The position numbers and the translations under genes are program-made. A stretch of DNA of 64,000 nt from Diadema antillarum (lineage: Eukaryota), in NCBI RefSeq assembly GCF_040938485.1, contig NW_027270925.1, forward strand, positions 1,116,001-1,180,000. The letters are read 5' to 3'. Shown piece after piece: positions 12,162-25,460 of this stretch. Within the stretch, counting starts at the first letter, position 1, and the number at the start of each line of letters is the position of its first letter. Below the pieces are notes generated by a model. The model did no database searches and had not been told where the DNA came from. It saw only the letters and a list, made by a program, of their open reading frames with translations.

Positions 12162-13037
12162 ATGTCCACATCAACAGAGAAATCCTACCCGACAGCTTGG
12201 GTTGTAAATGAATTCGAAAATTACACTGAAAATGAAGTATATACAGAAGTGCCTGGAGTCACGTCGAATTCTTCAAGTATTCATAGCCTCCTTTGGCCCT
12301 CCCTCTTTACGGCTTGCATCATTGCAGCAAACTGTCTGACTCTTGTAGCTTTTGGTGTTGAAAAACGACTACGCACTTACAACAATTATTTCATCATCAA
12401 CTTGTCCATTATCGATCTACTCGTTGGTTTGCACCTTATCCTTGCCGTTGTCCACACCCATGTCGGATACTATCCTCTGAACCAGGCACTTTGTAGGATT
12501 CTGAGTGGCATTGGCACGTCGATCATCAGTTCGTCTAATTTCGTCGTCTTGGTCATCTGCGCTGACCGACATCGTGCAACTTACGACCCCATCAACCATT
12601 TCATGACTCGCAGCAAACGTAAGGCTGTTTACCTCAACTCCCTCGCATGGCTGGGTGCGTTTGCCTTCTGGATGCTGTATGTCACGGCCTGGGAATTTAT
12701 CGACGACTTCGACAACGGACCTCACTGCGTTCGCAAATATTCGAGAATTCCTGGCGCATCCATAGTCTATAGCCTTGTCGTCTTTTTTCTGCCGTTCGTT
12801 TTCATTTCCGTTCTTTATCTTCGTATACTTATAAAGATTCGGAAGACACTTGGTGGGAAGAGTGTCCAAAAGAAATTCAGTGCGATCGACGATCACAATG
12901 CGTCCCACAGCAACGATTTTCCAAATACTTCATCCACCGACATCGACGTAGAGTCGGTCGGAGAAAAACGCTTTGAAAGTAATCCGCCAAAGGAGACAAT
13001 GGATCAAGGCAATTCGGTCACCGACAAGAAGCCAATT
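12162..13037 (+). CDS. GPCR-2 exon 1
   Basis: Close paralogue of GPCR-1; donor ATT|GTAAGT at 13038; 876 nt = 292 codons. Confidence 0.93.
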
Positions 13038-14170
13038 GTAAGTAATCATTAACATAATTCCTTTAATTTCTATCCATACCCGAGGTATAGAAATTAGGGT
13101 GTCTAACTTCACAGAGCAATGTGGCAAATTGTAAATTTCTGTCAAATTGCAAAGAAAACGCACATTTAAAAGCAGACATATTATCAATCTCAACTGGAAA
13201 TACAATCAATTTCAGGCGATAGGGCTTTCGCCTCATTTTCCTTTTATTTGTACAAGAATACACGGCATATCTAATTTTCATCTTTATAGTTTGTATACCA
13301 ATTCATCTCTTTCTTGTTATAAACCATAACCACGCTAGACTAATCTTAAAACACTAATTCTTTCATTCATTTCATTAAAGCGAATAAAGAAAAATTCAGT
13401 GAACGTATGTGCAAGTTAATGTAACACTTAGCTGATATCGTCTTTTCATTTCTGTTGCACACGTTTCTCTTGAAAACATGTCAATTGTTCTTATTTCAAA
13501 TCTTGATAAAAGTATGAGGAATGTTTTAGCGTTCTCTTTGTTGTGTAATGATACTTTTTAACTTAATAATTGATTAGTTTATTATTTCATGAAAGTTTTC
13601 AAACAACAGTAATAACAAAGATCTGCATGTCTAGATTCAGTGTTTGTTTAAATCGATTTTCTTTACTCGAATTTCATCTGAAAATTTGACTTGTATTGGT
13701 TTCTTTGCTTTGTTTCTGTCTGGGTAATTTAGTATAATTATGCATACTCTTATATCCTGATATTAATGATAAGACTTTAATTTTATCATTATCTGCTATA
13801 GAGGTTGATTATACACACTTCCATAAATTATCACTTTCAAGAGGAATACCAAAAATGATTCATTCTGAACTAAATAACACAGAAAGTAAACAGAGTTGAT
13901 TTCTGTTTTTAATTCAATCCACATCCCACATAAACTCAAAAGACATTATAGAATTCACGAGTAATGCTTCGTTTGGATCTTGTGAATCCCGACACAGTGT
14001 GTTCATTGTTGCTATAATTTTTGTGTTTACTTCTTATCAGGCATACATACATGTATGCGCAGTCAAGCTATACACAACTTTACAAATGGAATACAAGTGT
14101 AAATATTCGAAGGAGGTATTTTGTTAGGAAAGTGATTATTCTTAAAACTGCTTCCTATATCTTGTTGCAG

Positions 14171-14479
14171 CTGAAACGCGAGTCGGCAGCCGAGACGCGA
14201 AAGGCAACTCGGACTCTTCTTTTCATCGTGCTGTCCTTCGTGATCACCTGGTTACCTCAGAGCATCAACCTGCTGATCTATTCCATAGATCCCGTCCTCC
14301 TTGTGGCTGGCTTACCCCGCCCCGGCAGGCTCTTTTTCGGCTGGCTGACATACGGCAACAGCCTCCTGAACCCGATCTCCTACGCGGTGAGCCAGCCGCT
14401 GCTGAGGGACACTGTGAAGAACATGCTGCTCTGTCGCTGCAAGAAAATATCCTCTGTGAAGAAAACAGTCATTTCTTAG
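14171..14479 (+). CDS. GPCR-2 exon 2; spliced protein 394 aa
   Basis: Acceptor cttgttgCAG|CTG AAA CGC at 14170/14171; TWLP, NPISY; stop TAG at 14477-14479. Confidence 0.92.
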   Translation: MKRESAAETRKATRTLLFIVLSFVITWLPQSINLLIYSIDPVLLVAGLPRPGRLFFGWLTYGNSLLNPISYAVSQPLLRDTVKNMLLCRCKKISSVKKTVIS

Positions 14480-14830
14480 TTAAAAACGTTATTAACCATG
14501 TGCAGATAAAACAAAACAGCAGTTTTAGTGCTTTAAAACAGCTTTTAAAAATGTGAAATGTAAAAGTAAAAAAAGGTAAAATATTAAGTATTTTGAATGT
14601 ATAAGAAATGTAAACAATCGTAATAACATTAACATTGTGTCTAGAATAAACCTTCTACAGTTATTGTTTATGGAAGAAATATTGATATCTCCTTACATTT
14701 TAGGCTTTATTACAAATGCTGTATGGTATAGGATGTTTCGTGATACTCGAACATTTTTAAACCACTGCTCCCAATGGTAAACATTACCTTTAACCTTATA
14801 TCGAACGCAGCCGCACCACGGGGAGGTTCC

Positions 14831-15769
14831 AAAGGCCGCGTTACACCTTTCAGGGCAAGCTACGCGGGCTCGTTACTTGTCGGGATCTTCCAGCATACCG
14901 GACATTTTCTGAGGGCGGAAAAGGATTTTGGCGAGTTTTGCATGTGCCTGGATATGCTGGACGCGTTCTACTTAGGTTCTGTTTGCGGGTATTTTGTGCG
15001 ACCTGCGTGCCAGGTGCGTGGGTCTGACAACTCAGTGAAGGAATTTCTCTGAAGGAATGGCAGTAGTCCCATACAATGTCATTATTTTGGCCGCATACGG
15101 GGACTGCGAAGCAACTGCGTGGGAGTTGCCTACGAGGTGCTGCCGCTAAGGGCCTCCTACTGGTGTTCTGCGTGTACCTCTGCGGACAAACCCCCGCGAC
15201 TCACCAGGAACAAGTTTTGATAATGCTCAAAATTTGGCTGCAAGTAAATTGGATTTGCGTGCACACCTCCGGACAACTACGGCCAAGATATGCGTTAGGT
15301 ACTGTCAGGTGCAGACGAACTGCTGGGAGGTCTGGGTATTGATAAAAACATTTCCCCGCAAGTCAAGCCGCAAGCCTTCCCCAGACACAGTGTGATAAGG
15401 CATTCAGCATGCTCAAAACTTGTTCCGGGTGAGTCGCGGGGTTTGCCCGCAGAGGACACCAGTAGGAGGCCCTTAGCGGCAGCACCTCGCAGGCAACTCC
15501 CACCCAGGTACTTCGCAGCTGTAACACAGGTACTTCGCAGTCCCCGTATGTCGCTCGTAGCTGAAAATAAATCGGTTCCAAAGCTCTCACGCAGGTCAGA
15601 CGGGATACACACAAGTAGCAAGTAAATAGCATGCCTCTATCAGTAAGACTCAAGTACGGAACTCTCCAGAACGTCTTTGTCCGCCCGCAGAAAATTCTCC
15701 TGCGTGCTGGAAAATCCCTACTCGTAACAAGCCCGTGTAGCTTACCCGAAAAGGTGTGACAGGGCCTTT
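14831..15769. mobile_element. MITE with about 80-bp TIRs and internal inverted repeats (Harbinger-like termini)
   Basis: AAAGGCCGCGTTACACCTTTCAGGGCAAGCTAC... versus the reverse complement of ...GTAGCTTACCCGAAAAGGTGTGACAGGGCCTTT; inner IR at about 15100-15175 and 15445-15545. Confidence 0.85.
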
Positions 15770-16943
15770 ACGCCAAAAGCTTGTTTTCAAAAGACGGTAC
15801 GTCCATATTCTTTTAAATAGTTAACTACACATCTGTTGAATTTTCACTAATAATACATTAAAAATCCCTTAAATTATATATCTACAGCCATGCTGATACA
15901 AATTATATCCAAAATGCCCCATTTGACAAACGACGAATAAGAAATATTTCTAGATCAAATTTAAAATGCAATTGAAGTTTTCCTTTTGGAAAATTTTCTG
16001 AGACGTTATTCTTGTTTTTAGTTTTGATCTTTAGGGAGAGAATAAAATATATAATTTCTAACGTTAGTTTACCAGTAACAGGAAGCCAACAGACGATTGG
16101 TTCAGAATTTGCGTCAAGCTATTTTAAGCGCCACGAGAAACACACAATTGCTTTGTGCATAAACAACAACGGAATCCGTCTTGTAAAAATGTGGTCATTG
16201 ATACTGCTAGTACAGGTATAAAAATAACTTCTGACTTATCTATTAGATTCAAATCCAGATTAATTCTAAAGAGAGACACTGGTTGTCTTCGAATCTGGAA
16301 GCGATTCCTTAAACATTGTTAAAAGCATGAACTTCATAATTACGTTTGATTTAGGTCTTGTTTAAAAAGCCAGCAGAGCTTGTGACAATGAAAATCTGAA
16401 TCACTTTCATCTTGCGAACTTCAATGTTGCTCAGAATTTCAGCGGTTACAATTTTTTCAAATTTGTTAAAAAAGTAAAGTTACCTGAACATGAGGATCAG
16501 ACATAAACGTACATGTTTCACTCGTAGATTGATGCAATTCCACTCTGTAAATTGAAAGTACGCAATGACGACACTCTCGCTTTATCCTTTGTTGTGTGTT
16601 AATATTTCAAAGCTGTACGAAGTGCTTGAATGTTTAATTTTGATCTCTAGAAGTATAAGTAAGACATTATAAAAAGTAGCCCTAGATTTATGTAGTTCCA
16701 GATCTCATTGTAATTGGTATTCCTGGAGTGGACTCGTGATAGTTTACTCCGTGATGAATAATGTATTCTGTATTTCACTTTGTGAAAGAACTTAATTGTT
16801 ACGTTTTGATCCACGTTTCTGTCGAATTAGCGTAGATGTTTGGATTCTCAAGGTTGACAAAGGAAAAATCCTAAAAATGAATGAAAGCGTGATAAGCATA
16901 GCATTATTTTATGTTAATTGGTTCACCTCGTGTAGGTATAGGT

Positions 16944-17313
16944 GGGATGGTACAGTATTAGTGGAGATGAAAATTGGGTTTTTAAATTTTTGCGAGATAC
17001 TAAGAAAACACTTATGATATAGTAGAGAGCATACCATTTTAAGAGGAATTCAAAGTTTATTTGATGAAAATCGAGTTTGGAATGACTGAAACATCCAAAA
17101 ACAAAGTAAAACAAAGCGATCGTTTTTTTAGAATTGCTCATTTTTGGATATCTCAGCTATTTCAAAACCAATTTTCAGCAAATAAATGTTGAATTCCTCA
17201 CATAATCACATATTTCATATTTCAAAAGAGGTTTCTCAATATCTCACCAAAAAAAAAAAAAAAAAATATGCTAGAAACCTGAAATTAGGCCTCAACCAAA
17301 ACTATACGATCCC
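16944..17313. mobile_element. Decayed Kolobok-like MITE
   Basis: Termini GGGATGGTACAGTATTAGTGGAG and the reverse complement GGGATCGTATAGTTTTGGTTGAG; not present in the paralogous GPCR-1 flank. Confidence 0.5.
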
Positions 17314-18730
17314 CTGAAGCCATTTAAATCTTCACTGCCTCTGTACATAAAAAGCCAGTTTGTTGGTGTCGTTCAGCTTCTTCGCCTTGGCAGTTTGATT
17401 ACTTTTCTTTTTCATCAGTTACTGAATTTGAGAGTAAGCTACACGTTAGGCTTATCAAACTGTAAATGTTTTCCTCTTCTTCTGTACATGCTTGCTGAGT
17501 CATCTGTTGTTTTTTTAGCTCTTGTAAAATAATCAGCAAGGTAACACGTAAGTACATAAATGAAGTAAGTCAGGACAAGACAGTAAATCTTTCGCACGCT
17601 CTCAAACTTTATATGTATCTTCATCAGATATGTGGAAATCAACATCTATTAAGCTTTACTTCTTTATAAAACATCTTTAAATTAGTTTATCTGGGTACAT
17701 AATTTTAGAATTTAAATAGATTAGGAAGAGGATTAAGAATGTTTTTTTTTAATTCATAACAAATCGACCGTTTATATCCATCAAAGTGCATTAAAGTAAT
17801 TCATACCCAGATCAATCTTCATCGTTTCCGTCATTTTCTCTCTTTAAAAGAAACTCCTTTCTTTGTTTTTTTTTCAGTGTTTTTTTACCCCCCCCCCCTT
17901 CCTGGCCGCTCTGATTAGAAGAATCTCCGAGTAGAACTGTATTTCGCAGATCCTTTTTTAAGAGTTAAAAAAGGTGTGTGTGTGTGGGGGGGGGGGGGGT
18001 TTGATGTGAGGGCTTGGTTTATTGGGTCCCTTATACGACATTCTGACTGCGGTAAAACTCCAGCGTTGGTTTTACTCTTGATTTCACATGATGTGTCCGA
18101 CATCGCGTTTTATCGCTGATGACAGAAAAAGTTTTTAAAAATGTATAGAAAAAAAACAAAAGGGAAAGTAATGAATGGAGCATAAATCAGCTTCTGTTAA
18201 CGTATGTTCCTTTATTCCTCAAATTGTGTCTTATATCCAGGAAAAGTGTTAAATTAAGTCTTTATATATCGGTGTATGTCGTGAATCTCAATCAAGAGAA
18301 CATAGTAATAATTATACGTCCATACTACATTAACGCTTTGAAAAGAGCCTCACCCAACTTTCTGTATTGCGTTCAGTACACATTTTTTTCAGAAATCATG
18401 TCATATATTAAAGTTTAAAAATTCAAAGTTGCTCCCCTTCCCCCTCCCCATTTACTCTTTGTAATGAAATAATCAGTGCACTCAACCTTTTGCCTCCTCT
18501 TTCCCTTTCTCTCTCTCTCTCTCTCTCTTCCTTTCTTGCTTCTTTCATGTTTACTTCTGCATTTGCTTCCCGGTCTTCTGCAAATGACTTCCTTTACTCA
18601 CTAAAAAAAAAAAAAGGTAGTTCCCTGCACTTTAACTTCATTCCGGCTCATTTATATACATCTCGTTAGTTCCTTCCATTTCCTATTTGTTTATATCCCA
18701 TAAAATATTGATTCCCAAGCATCGTTTGCT

Positions 18731-19583
18731 AAGCAGGGTTCCCACTTAGCCGAGTTACGGTGCCGAGCTTTGGCGAGTTGTGGCAAGTTGCCTCAAAGGG
18801 GCACTCGCAATAACTCGTGTAAAGCTCTTCATGTAACTTGGGATAACTCGCGACAACTCGCATAACACGTAGTGAATCTGCAAATCTCCCCGTGGACTCG
18901 CGAGTGGTTCAAACATTTTTGGACATGTTCAAAATTTTCCCTAACTCGAAGTAACTCGTTCTGAACTCTTTTAAACTCGTAATATACTCGTACTACTCGT
19001 AACAAACTCTCAATACTCGTACGAAGCTCGCGATGAACTCTTCGTAACTCGCCACCTTCAAGGTTATACGCGAGTTCTGCTCGAGTTTTGAAGAGTGCGA
19101 TACGAGCACTACGACTCTACTACCAGTATGTGGAAGGGGGAATGCCCTCGAATAAGGCGCGAGTTTAGGTCGAGCTCTGCGACTTACAACGAGTTTTGTA
19201 TTAGCTTATTCAGAGTACATTGCACTGACCTATCAATAAGACAATGGGAGAAAAGACCCACTGGAGGCCAAACCGAACAGCATTGCGCAAACTCCTAACG
19301 AGCTCGTAACGGGCTCGTAACAAGCTCTTTACAACTCGATGAAAACTCGGTTTAAGTAGTACACAGGTCATCACAACTCACACCAAGATCGGTGTGACTC
19401 GTATCACGCTCGGATCACTCGTACAGCTATCGTAGTAAACTCGATGTTGTCTCGTAGATCGCTCCAGCGCAGCTCATTAAAATTGACAAATTTCACGCGA
19501 GTTCACGCGAGTTCTCGCGAGTTCAAACTCGCGCAGCTTGGCACAACTCGAGACTCCAACTCGGCTAAGTGGGAACCTTGCTT
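18731..19583. mobile_element. MITE with ACTCG/CGAGT subterminal repeats
   Basis: TIRs AAGCAGGGTTCCCACTTAGCCGAGTT / AACTCGGCTAAGTGGGAACCTTGCTT. Confidence 0.85.
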
Positions 19584-19586
19584 TAA

Positions 19587-20322
19587 TTGCCCTCGAGTAA
19601 GGCGCGAGTTTAGATCGAGCTCTGCGACTTAGAACAAGTTTTGTAGCTTATTCAGAGTACATTGCACTGACCTATTAATATGGAATTATTCACATTTTCC
19701 CAACGTTTTCACGGCAGGAGACAATCATTCAATCCTAATAGGTCATTGCCATTACATTTCTAGAACTACGTAAAAATTTAGACAGAAAACATGCCTCGCG
19801 GCTCATGAAATTCAAGAAAAAACCATAGAAGGAAATGGAGATCAATCAAGCAATGGTAGAAGTAGAGGTAGAAGAGCAGGAAGAGACAGCAGAAACAGAA
19901 GAGATCACCCGTGATGACCTACAGAGGGAGTCAGAAAACGATGCCTTTAAACAAGACCAACAAGACCAGGGCCCCATTTCATAAAAGATGTTGGGATAGC
20001 AACTCTTGCTGGAATGGCAACTTCCAATACCAACAACTAATCAGGAAGCTGGATTCTTGTTGTTGCCATGACAATTGACATTCCACCAAGAGTTGTGATC
20101 ATATCAACTTTTTATGAAATGGGTCCCAGGTCCCAGTAGAAGAAAATGGGAGAAAAGACGTCACTCGGATCACTCGTACAGCTATCGTAGTAAACTCGAT
20201 GTTGTCTTGTAGATCACTCATGCGCAGCTCATTAAAATTGACAAATTTCACGCGAGTTCACGCGAGTTCTCGCGAGTTCAAACTCGCGCAGCTCGGCACA
20301 ACTCGAGACTCCAACTCGGCTA
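19587..20322. repeat. Partial tandem second copy of the 18731 element with extra internal sequence
   Basis: 19587-19680 repeats about 19147-19240; 20160-20322 repeats about 19405-19566 and stops just before the TIR. Confidence 0.8.
19967..20130. mobile_element. Small MITE (about 160 bp)
   Basis: CCAGGGCCCCATTTCATAAAA ... TTTTATGAAATGGGTCCCAGG inverted termini. Confidence 0.7.
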
Positions 20323-20821
20323 TAGAACGAATTGAAATAACCCCTGGTAAAAAACTTGCAGGGAGGGTCAGTTCGCGAACTGTATTACAGTAAGCTATAT
20401 CATCCAGGGGAGAAAAGGGGCGGCGGTAAACAGATTGTTGAAGAATCTGGCAATTCAATCTAGCGAACCAATGTTAGGCTCTAAGGCGCCATCTATCGCT
20501 GACTTTTTAACACTGTCCACGGTTACTACGAGCCCAACATCGGAAACTTGGCATCTATTGTTGGCAGGTAATTTTGACTTGGCGACATTGTTCTTCAGCT
20601 CAAAAACGTTTCGTGAATATAATATGATGTATGTGTCCACCCAATACACTTATCATTTTACTTCTCATTTGTAAATACCCATGAATTAAGCATTATTTTG
20701 AGTGAAATTGTTTTCTCCGATGTATTTCATAGGTATCAAACTGGCAACAAAAGGTGAGGAAAATCTACCTCTTAAAACCGACTTCACACAAAATCATGAA
20801 TGAACTTGTAAACAGGAACTA

Positions 20822-20823
<2 letters not shown>

Positions 20824-20865
<42 letters not shown>

Positions 20866-20889
20866 AACACACACACACGCACACACACA
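20824..20889. repeat. (CA)n microsatellite
   Basis: Direct reading. Further (CA)n at about 24248-24285 and 59716-59790; (TA)n at about 21328-21386, 41999-42022 and 53833-53876. Confidence 0.95.
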
Positions 20890-21350
20890 ATCACAACCGA
20901 TTGCTCTCAAAATGCTGGACATTCATTAATGTAGATGAAGAGTACGACATGCGTTAACCTATTAAGGGTTGCTTGTTCCGTGTAAAGCACTGGCTACCAT
21001 AAATTGCTTCACTAATCAGCAAAATTATGTACCCATTTTGTTGGGAATCAATGGGTCATACTTGGTAGATAATCTTGTTCAAACGTGTCCGCGCTGAGCA
21101 CTAGTTGAACGAAAAATCTGATTTCCAAGAGCCAAGTCCCTAAGCCATGTCACCATACCAAATGGTTCTCCGCGCACCTGGTGACATAGGTATTTTACTT
21201 GTGTATCAATGCAAGGCTCTTTCATTCTAGTTTGATTATTTGTGATGATACTCTTGGACAGTTTCCGACTATTGTTGAAACCAAAAACAGGAAAGGCTCG
21301 AGGATGTATAAATGAATAAATAAATAAATATATATATATATATATATACA

Positions 21351-21386
<36 letters not shown>

Positions 21387-21389
<3 letters not shown>

Positions 21390-21915
21390 TGCAAAAAGTG
21401 CGGTGTTAAATAGTGAACACCGAGTTGGTGTTAAATTTTCGGTGCTCATTTATGGTGCTAAATTAACACCTCCTGGTGTCATTTCCAAATTTTAAACTGT
21501 TTTTGAAGAGTTTCTTAGTAACTGCACTTCTTGTTGATTTTTAATTTAAACAAGACGATCAAGAATTTTACATTAAAATACTAGATTTTTGAAAAAATGC
21601 GAAAATAAATTTACACCACAGTAACACCAGCTGGTGTGGTCTCAATGAAGCTGGACGGGTGTTAAACCATTGATATCAACACCAACAAATATCAAATCAA
21701 CACTATGTGGTGTCATTTTTTTGATTAACACCAGTACAGTGTCAAAATAACACCAGGTACAGTGTCAAATTAACACCACGAAGTGTCAGGTGAACACTTT
21801 TCAACACCATCACAGTGCATTTTCAACACCTGTGGGTGTGGTCCTTTATTGAAGTTTGACCGGTGTTAGATTTAACACCCGTGGTGTTAAATCTAACACC
21901 GATGTTTTTACAGTG
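21387..21915. mobile_element. EnSpm/CACTA-like MITE inserted in a (TA)n tract
   Basis: CACTGCAAAAA ... TTTTTACAGTG termini, TA on both sides, many AACACC/GGTGTT subterminal repeats. Confidence 0.85.
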
Positions 21916-23462
21916 TATATATACATATACATACACTAATTTAATCTTTTTTTTTCAAACTGCTTTGTCTTCCCATGCAACCGGGATGTAGTCTGCGCCT
22001 TATTTACCTCATCATGCCAGTTACATTTCGAGAAATAAAACTGCTGCACGTTATTTATGTACGAACGCTTGGTCTCATTTTTTTTTAATTCTTTACCAGG
22101 TGTTGGTTGGACAAGAATGGTTACTTGCAACACTTTCACACCGGTTTGGCTTGCTACATGGTACCAAATAGTGAGCCATTATCAAATACGGTAAAGAAAA
22201 CAACATGTTACGTAAGAAAAGTACAATTTGTTATGGGGGCTGAGCGGTGGAATATCCACTTTCATCGATGCGCCCAACCTCTCCATATCCGTACAAAACA
22301 TTATGTAACCTTGATGTATCAGAAGCGACAATGCAGAGTCGTTGCTTGGAAACTGAAGAAATTGCCCCTGACCTATGACTGAATTCAATTTTCATACTAT
22401 TGCACCCATTATCCAACGAGGATGCTCTTGGGGGAAAACTTAATTAACTTTCTGCAGCTAAGAGCAAGCATCTTCTCTAGGCATTGATGATTTTATGAAA
22501 ACATATATTTTGTATTATTCTTGCTACTTTCAAAAACTTATTCCAAGGTGCCACATAAAAAAGTAGAACGTAGAAGGACAGTATTAACTTTCTATCGTGA
22601 AATTATAAGTGATAACGTTAACGGAAATAATTTCATTTCAACATTAAGAAACCTTCGGAATAAAGAACGTCTCTCCGTCTTTTTGTTGATATCACAGAAC
22701 TAAGTTGCTATACCAGCTGATGTCTGACGCAATTCAGTTCAATTCAAAGTTGTTGTTTTTTTCATTTTTTCGACAAAAAATATATGTTTCACTTCCTTTG
22801 ATAACAGATAAGGTAAACAGAGCATTGTGAAATGAAGCGACTGTACAATATTTGAGGACCTTGTAGTCATTACACATTGTAGTAAAAAAGAAGCAGAAGT
22901 GGTCGAAATGAAGCACATGTATAAAAATTAATGTACATGTATAATCTATTGTGCATGCAATACAACACTCTTTGATGCAGTTTCCCTTTCAGCAGCGAAT
23001 GATAACAACCTTAGTCTAAAGGTCAAACTATGGAGCTACTACATAGTAGCTCCTTGGTTAAAACATCAAAAGGTTTTGTTGCACACATCACAAACCTTTT
23101 TGTTGTCTCGTAATGGGATGCTCTATTAACCCTTTCTGTGCCAGGGACCTTGGACAGTGTGTCCAATACTGTGGAGATTTATGTGCCAGTCAGCACTTAT
23201 AGAGTTAATAATGAAGAAATTAAATCATTTGCAGAAGACAAACACATCTAGGTCCTACATGCTGACTCGTATGGAATCGAAAACACTGCTATATACAGTT
23301 ACGTTTTCTTATGTCAGTGGTATTCTATTTTCACTCTTTGAGTTGTTTCAGCTCTAAAAATACCACTTTAAGAGCTATGGCATCAGCCACATACTTAGCG
23401 CCCTCTGTGCCCCCGTTACCGAGTCACTTAAAGATTAACACTTTATATTACATTATTCTTAT

Positions 23463-23740
23463 TTTTCTTCTTCTTCTTCTTCTTCTTTTTCTTCTTGTTA
23501 TCATTTTCATTATCATTATCATTGTGTGATTGTAATTTTGGTTTTGCACTGTTCTGTTATTTCGAATTTTAGTCTTTTTGTGATATTAGAAACACCAATA
23601 TATACCGCCTTATAAATGCAATTATTATGATCATTATTGTTATTATTATTATCAGTAGTATTGTAATTATTATTATTATTATTATTACCATCATAATCAC
23701 CACCATCATCATTATCATCATGAGTATCATCATTATTAGC
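23463..23740. repeat. Compound trinucleotide low-complexity block (CTT, ATT, ATC)
   Basis: Direct reading. Confidence 0.85.
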
Positions 23741-24245
23741 AGTGACATTCCTTAGGCATTTAGAATAGACAATACAGAAGAATGATAAAACAACAACAAA
23801 ACAAACAAAAACAGAGACCAAGAAGTCAGGGTTTCCCTGTGGTGTGCTCCCCAATAATCATCCTATGATATAGGAGGATTGTTCATGTCATCATTTGTGA
23901 TGTCTCCTCATGCTTAGGAAAAATAGCAGCAACGCAGTGCTAATTGTCCCAAGGAGTGCATGATTAACACGTAATTTGTTCTCCTTCCCTTTTGTCCATC
24001 ACAACCACAATCCGTCGGGTTACTATTAACCCTTGACCCCCCCCCCCCCCCCCCCATCTTCCCGCAGTCCCTTCACCCTCTTTTGTAATAATTCTTTATT
24101 CGAATTTTGTTCAATTTCATATCACAGAAACAGAAACGTTCACGGAAACAAGAACAAAGCATCATACAAAGACAAACTGCATTATACACAAACATTGAAC
24201 AAAATAACGTAAATCTTATGTACACTATATAAGGATGAAATCCAG

Positions 24246-24288
<43 letters not shown>

Positions 24289-25050
24289 TACACATAAACG
24301 CAGACGCACACACACACATCTAAAAACAAGCAAGAAAAAAAGGTTGTGAGGGGCCAGTTATAATTCGCTTCTCCATCGTTGGATATTCTGTTTAGCAATA
24401 TTTTCTTCTTATTTTGTTTTCATCTGCGCAAAAAATCAGGTATCGGATCAGGTATAGAAACGTTACAATGTGACAAAGAATCCTTCCCTATATTCGTCTT
24501 ACTACTCATTAACCGCATTTGAGAATACTTCATAGCAAGCTACAATATTAAAGCAGGAGGTAACTTTGAATCAAATCTACTTCAAAACTCCCTAATGAGT
24601 CCTTCTGACACCAAACGCCTGATGTGTGTTGCTATCTGTTCCATTCATGATTATCAACACGAATTGAAGGCATTTGTTTTCTTTGTTTATATGTATGTAA
24701 CCCGTTGAGGATGAGCTGATTTCGTTATATCACACGTTTCCCATAGACACCTACCCGAGTGGTATTACCAAAGTTGATTATTGTTGTAATCAATTTGACA
24801 ATTCTTGGCATGTACCCCTTTGTTGTCAGCTTATTGTTTTCTACCTGTCATTTTCATATCATTCAACTTCATAAAGATAGTCTGCACAGTCTGGTAATCA
24901 TGTATTTTGTTCTTTGATTTTGAATTGACAGCGTGCCTTGGAAGAATAGCTCTCAACACCGAAAAGGACGTACTTCTGATAAATAAAAACAAAAAAACAA
25001 AAATATGAATTGATAAAGGAATAGAGGGGAAAAGATTTGCGGTAGCTCCA

Positions 25051-25460
25051 TGTGAATGTAGTCCTTGAAAGGACTCTTGTTCGGCAAAAGAAGACAGCAG
25101 AAAGGAGAGTTAAGAAGGGAAGCGACAAAGGACGAGTGTATATAAAGAAAGGCAAGGCGCGAGTGTTGAAGGACAGCGGTGAGCGCGGAGTTGAGGCGGC
25201 ACTAATGGATACGGGCGGATGGGAGATAGGGACAGACGTTGTTAGGAGGAATAGAGCCAGAAAAAAAAGAAGAAGAATAAAAAAGAGGTTTCGGAAGTCG
25301 GTGGGAGGAGAAAGATGAACCAGAAAAGAGGAAGGAGAAGGGAAGGAGAATTAAAACTGCCATAACAAACAAGTCATGCCGCTTACGCAAATGGTTTGAG
25401 AGTTCAAAATATGAAAGGATTTCTTTTATTCTATTTGTTATCCCTTCATAGGTCATAACT
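25051..25460. mobile_element. Purine-rich insertion, possible solo-LTR remnant
   Basis: Starts TGT, contains TATATAAAG, absent from the paralogous upstream block near 33870; no clear TSD or CA end found. Confidence 0.25.

Noticed and set aside
20485-20500. CTCF-like GCGCCATCTA motif (also GCGCCCTCTG near 31866)
   Set aside because: Partial matches only, common in repeats, and not positioned consistently relative to the paralogues.
23032-23053. Perfect 10-bp hairpin GGAGCTACTA-CA-TAGTAGCTCC as a terminator or ncRNA
   Set aside because: Eukaryotic context and adjacent TTTGACCTT-type sequence point to a small repeat-element end rather than a functional RNA.
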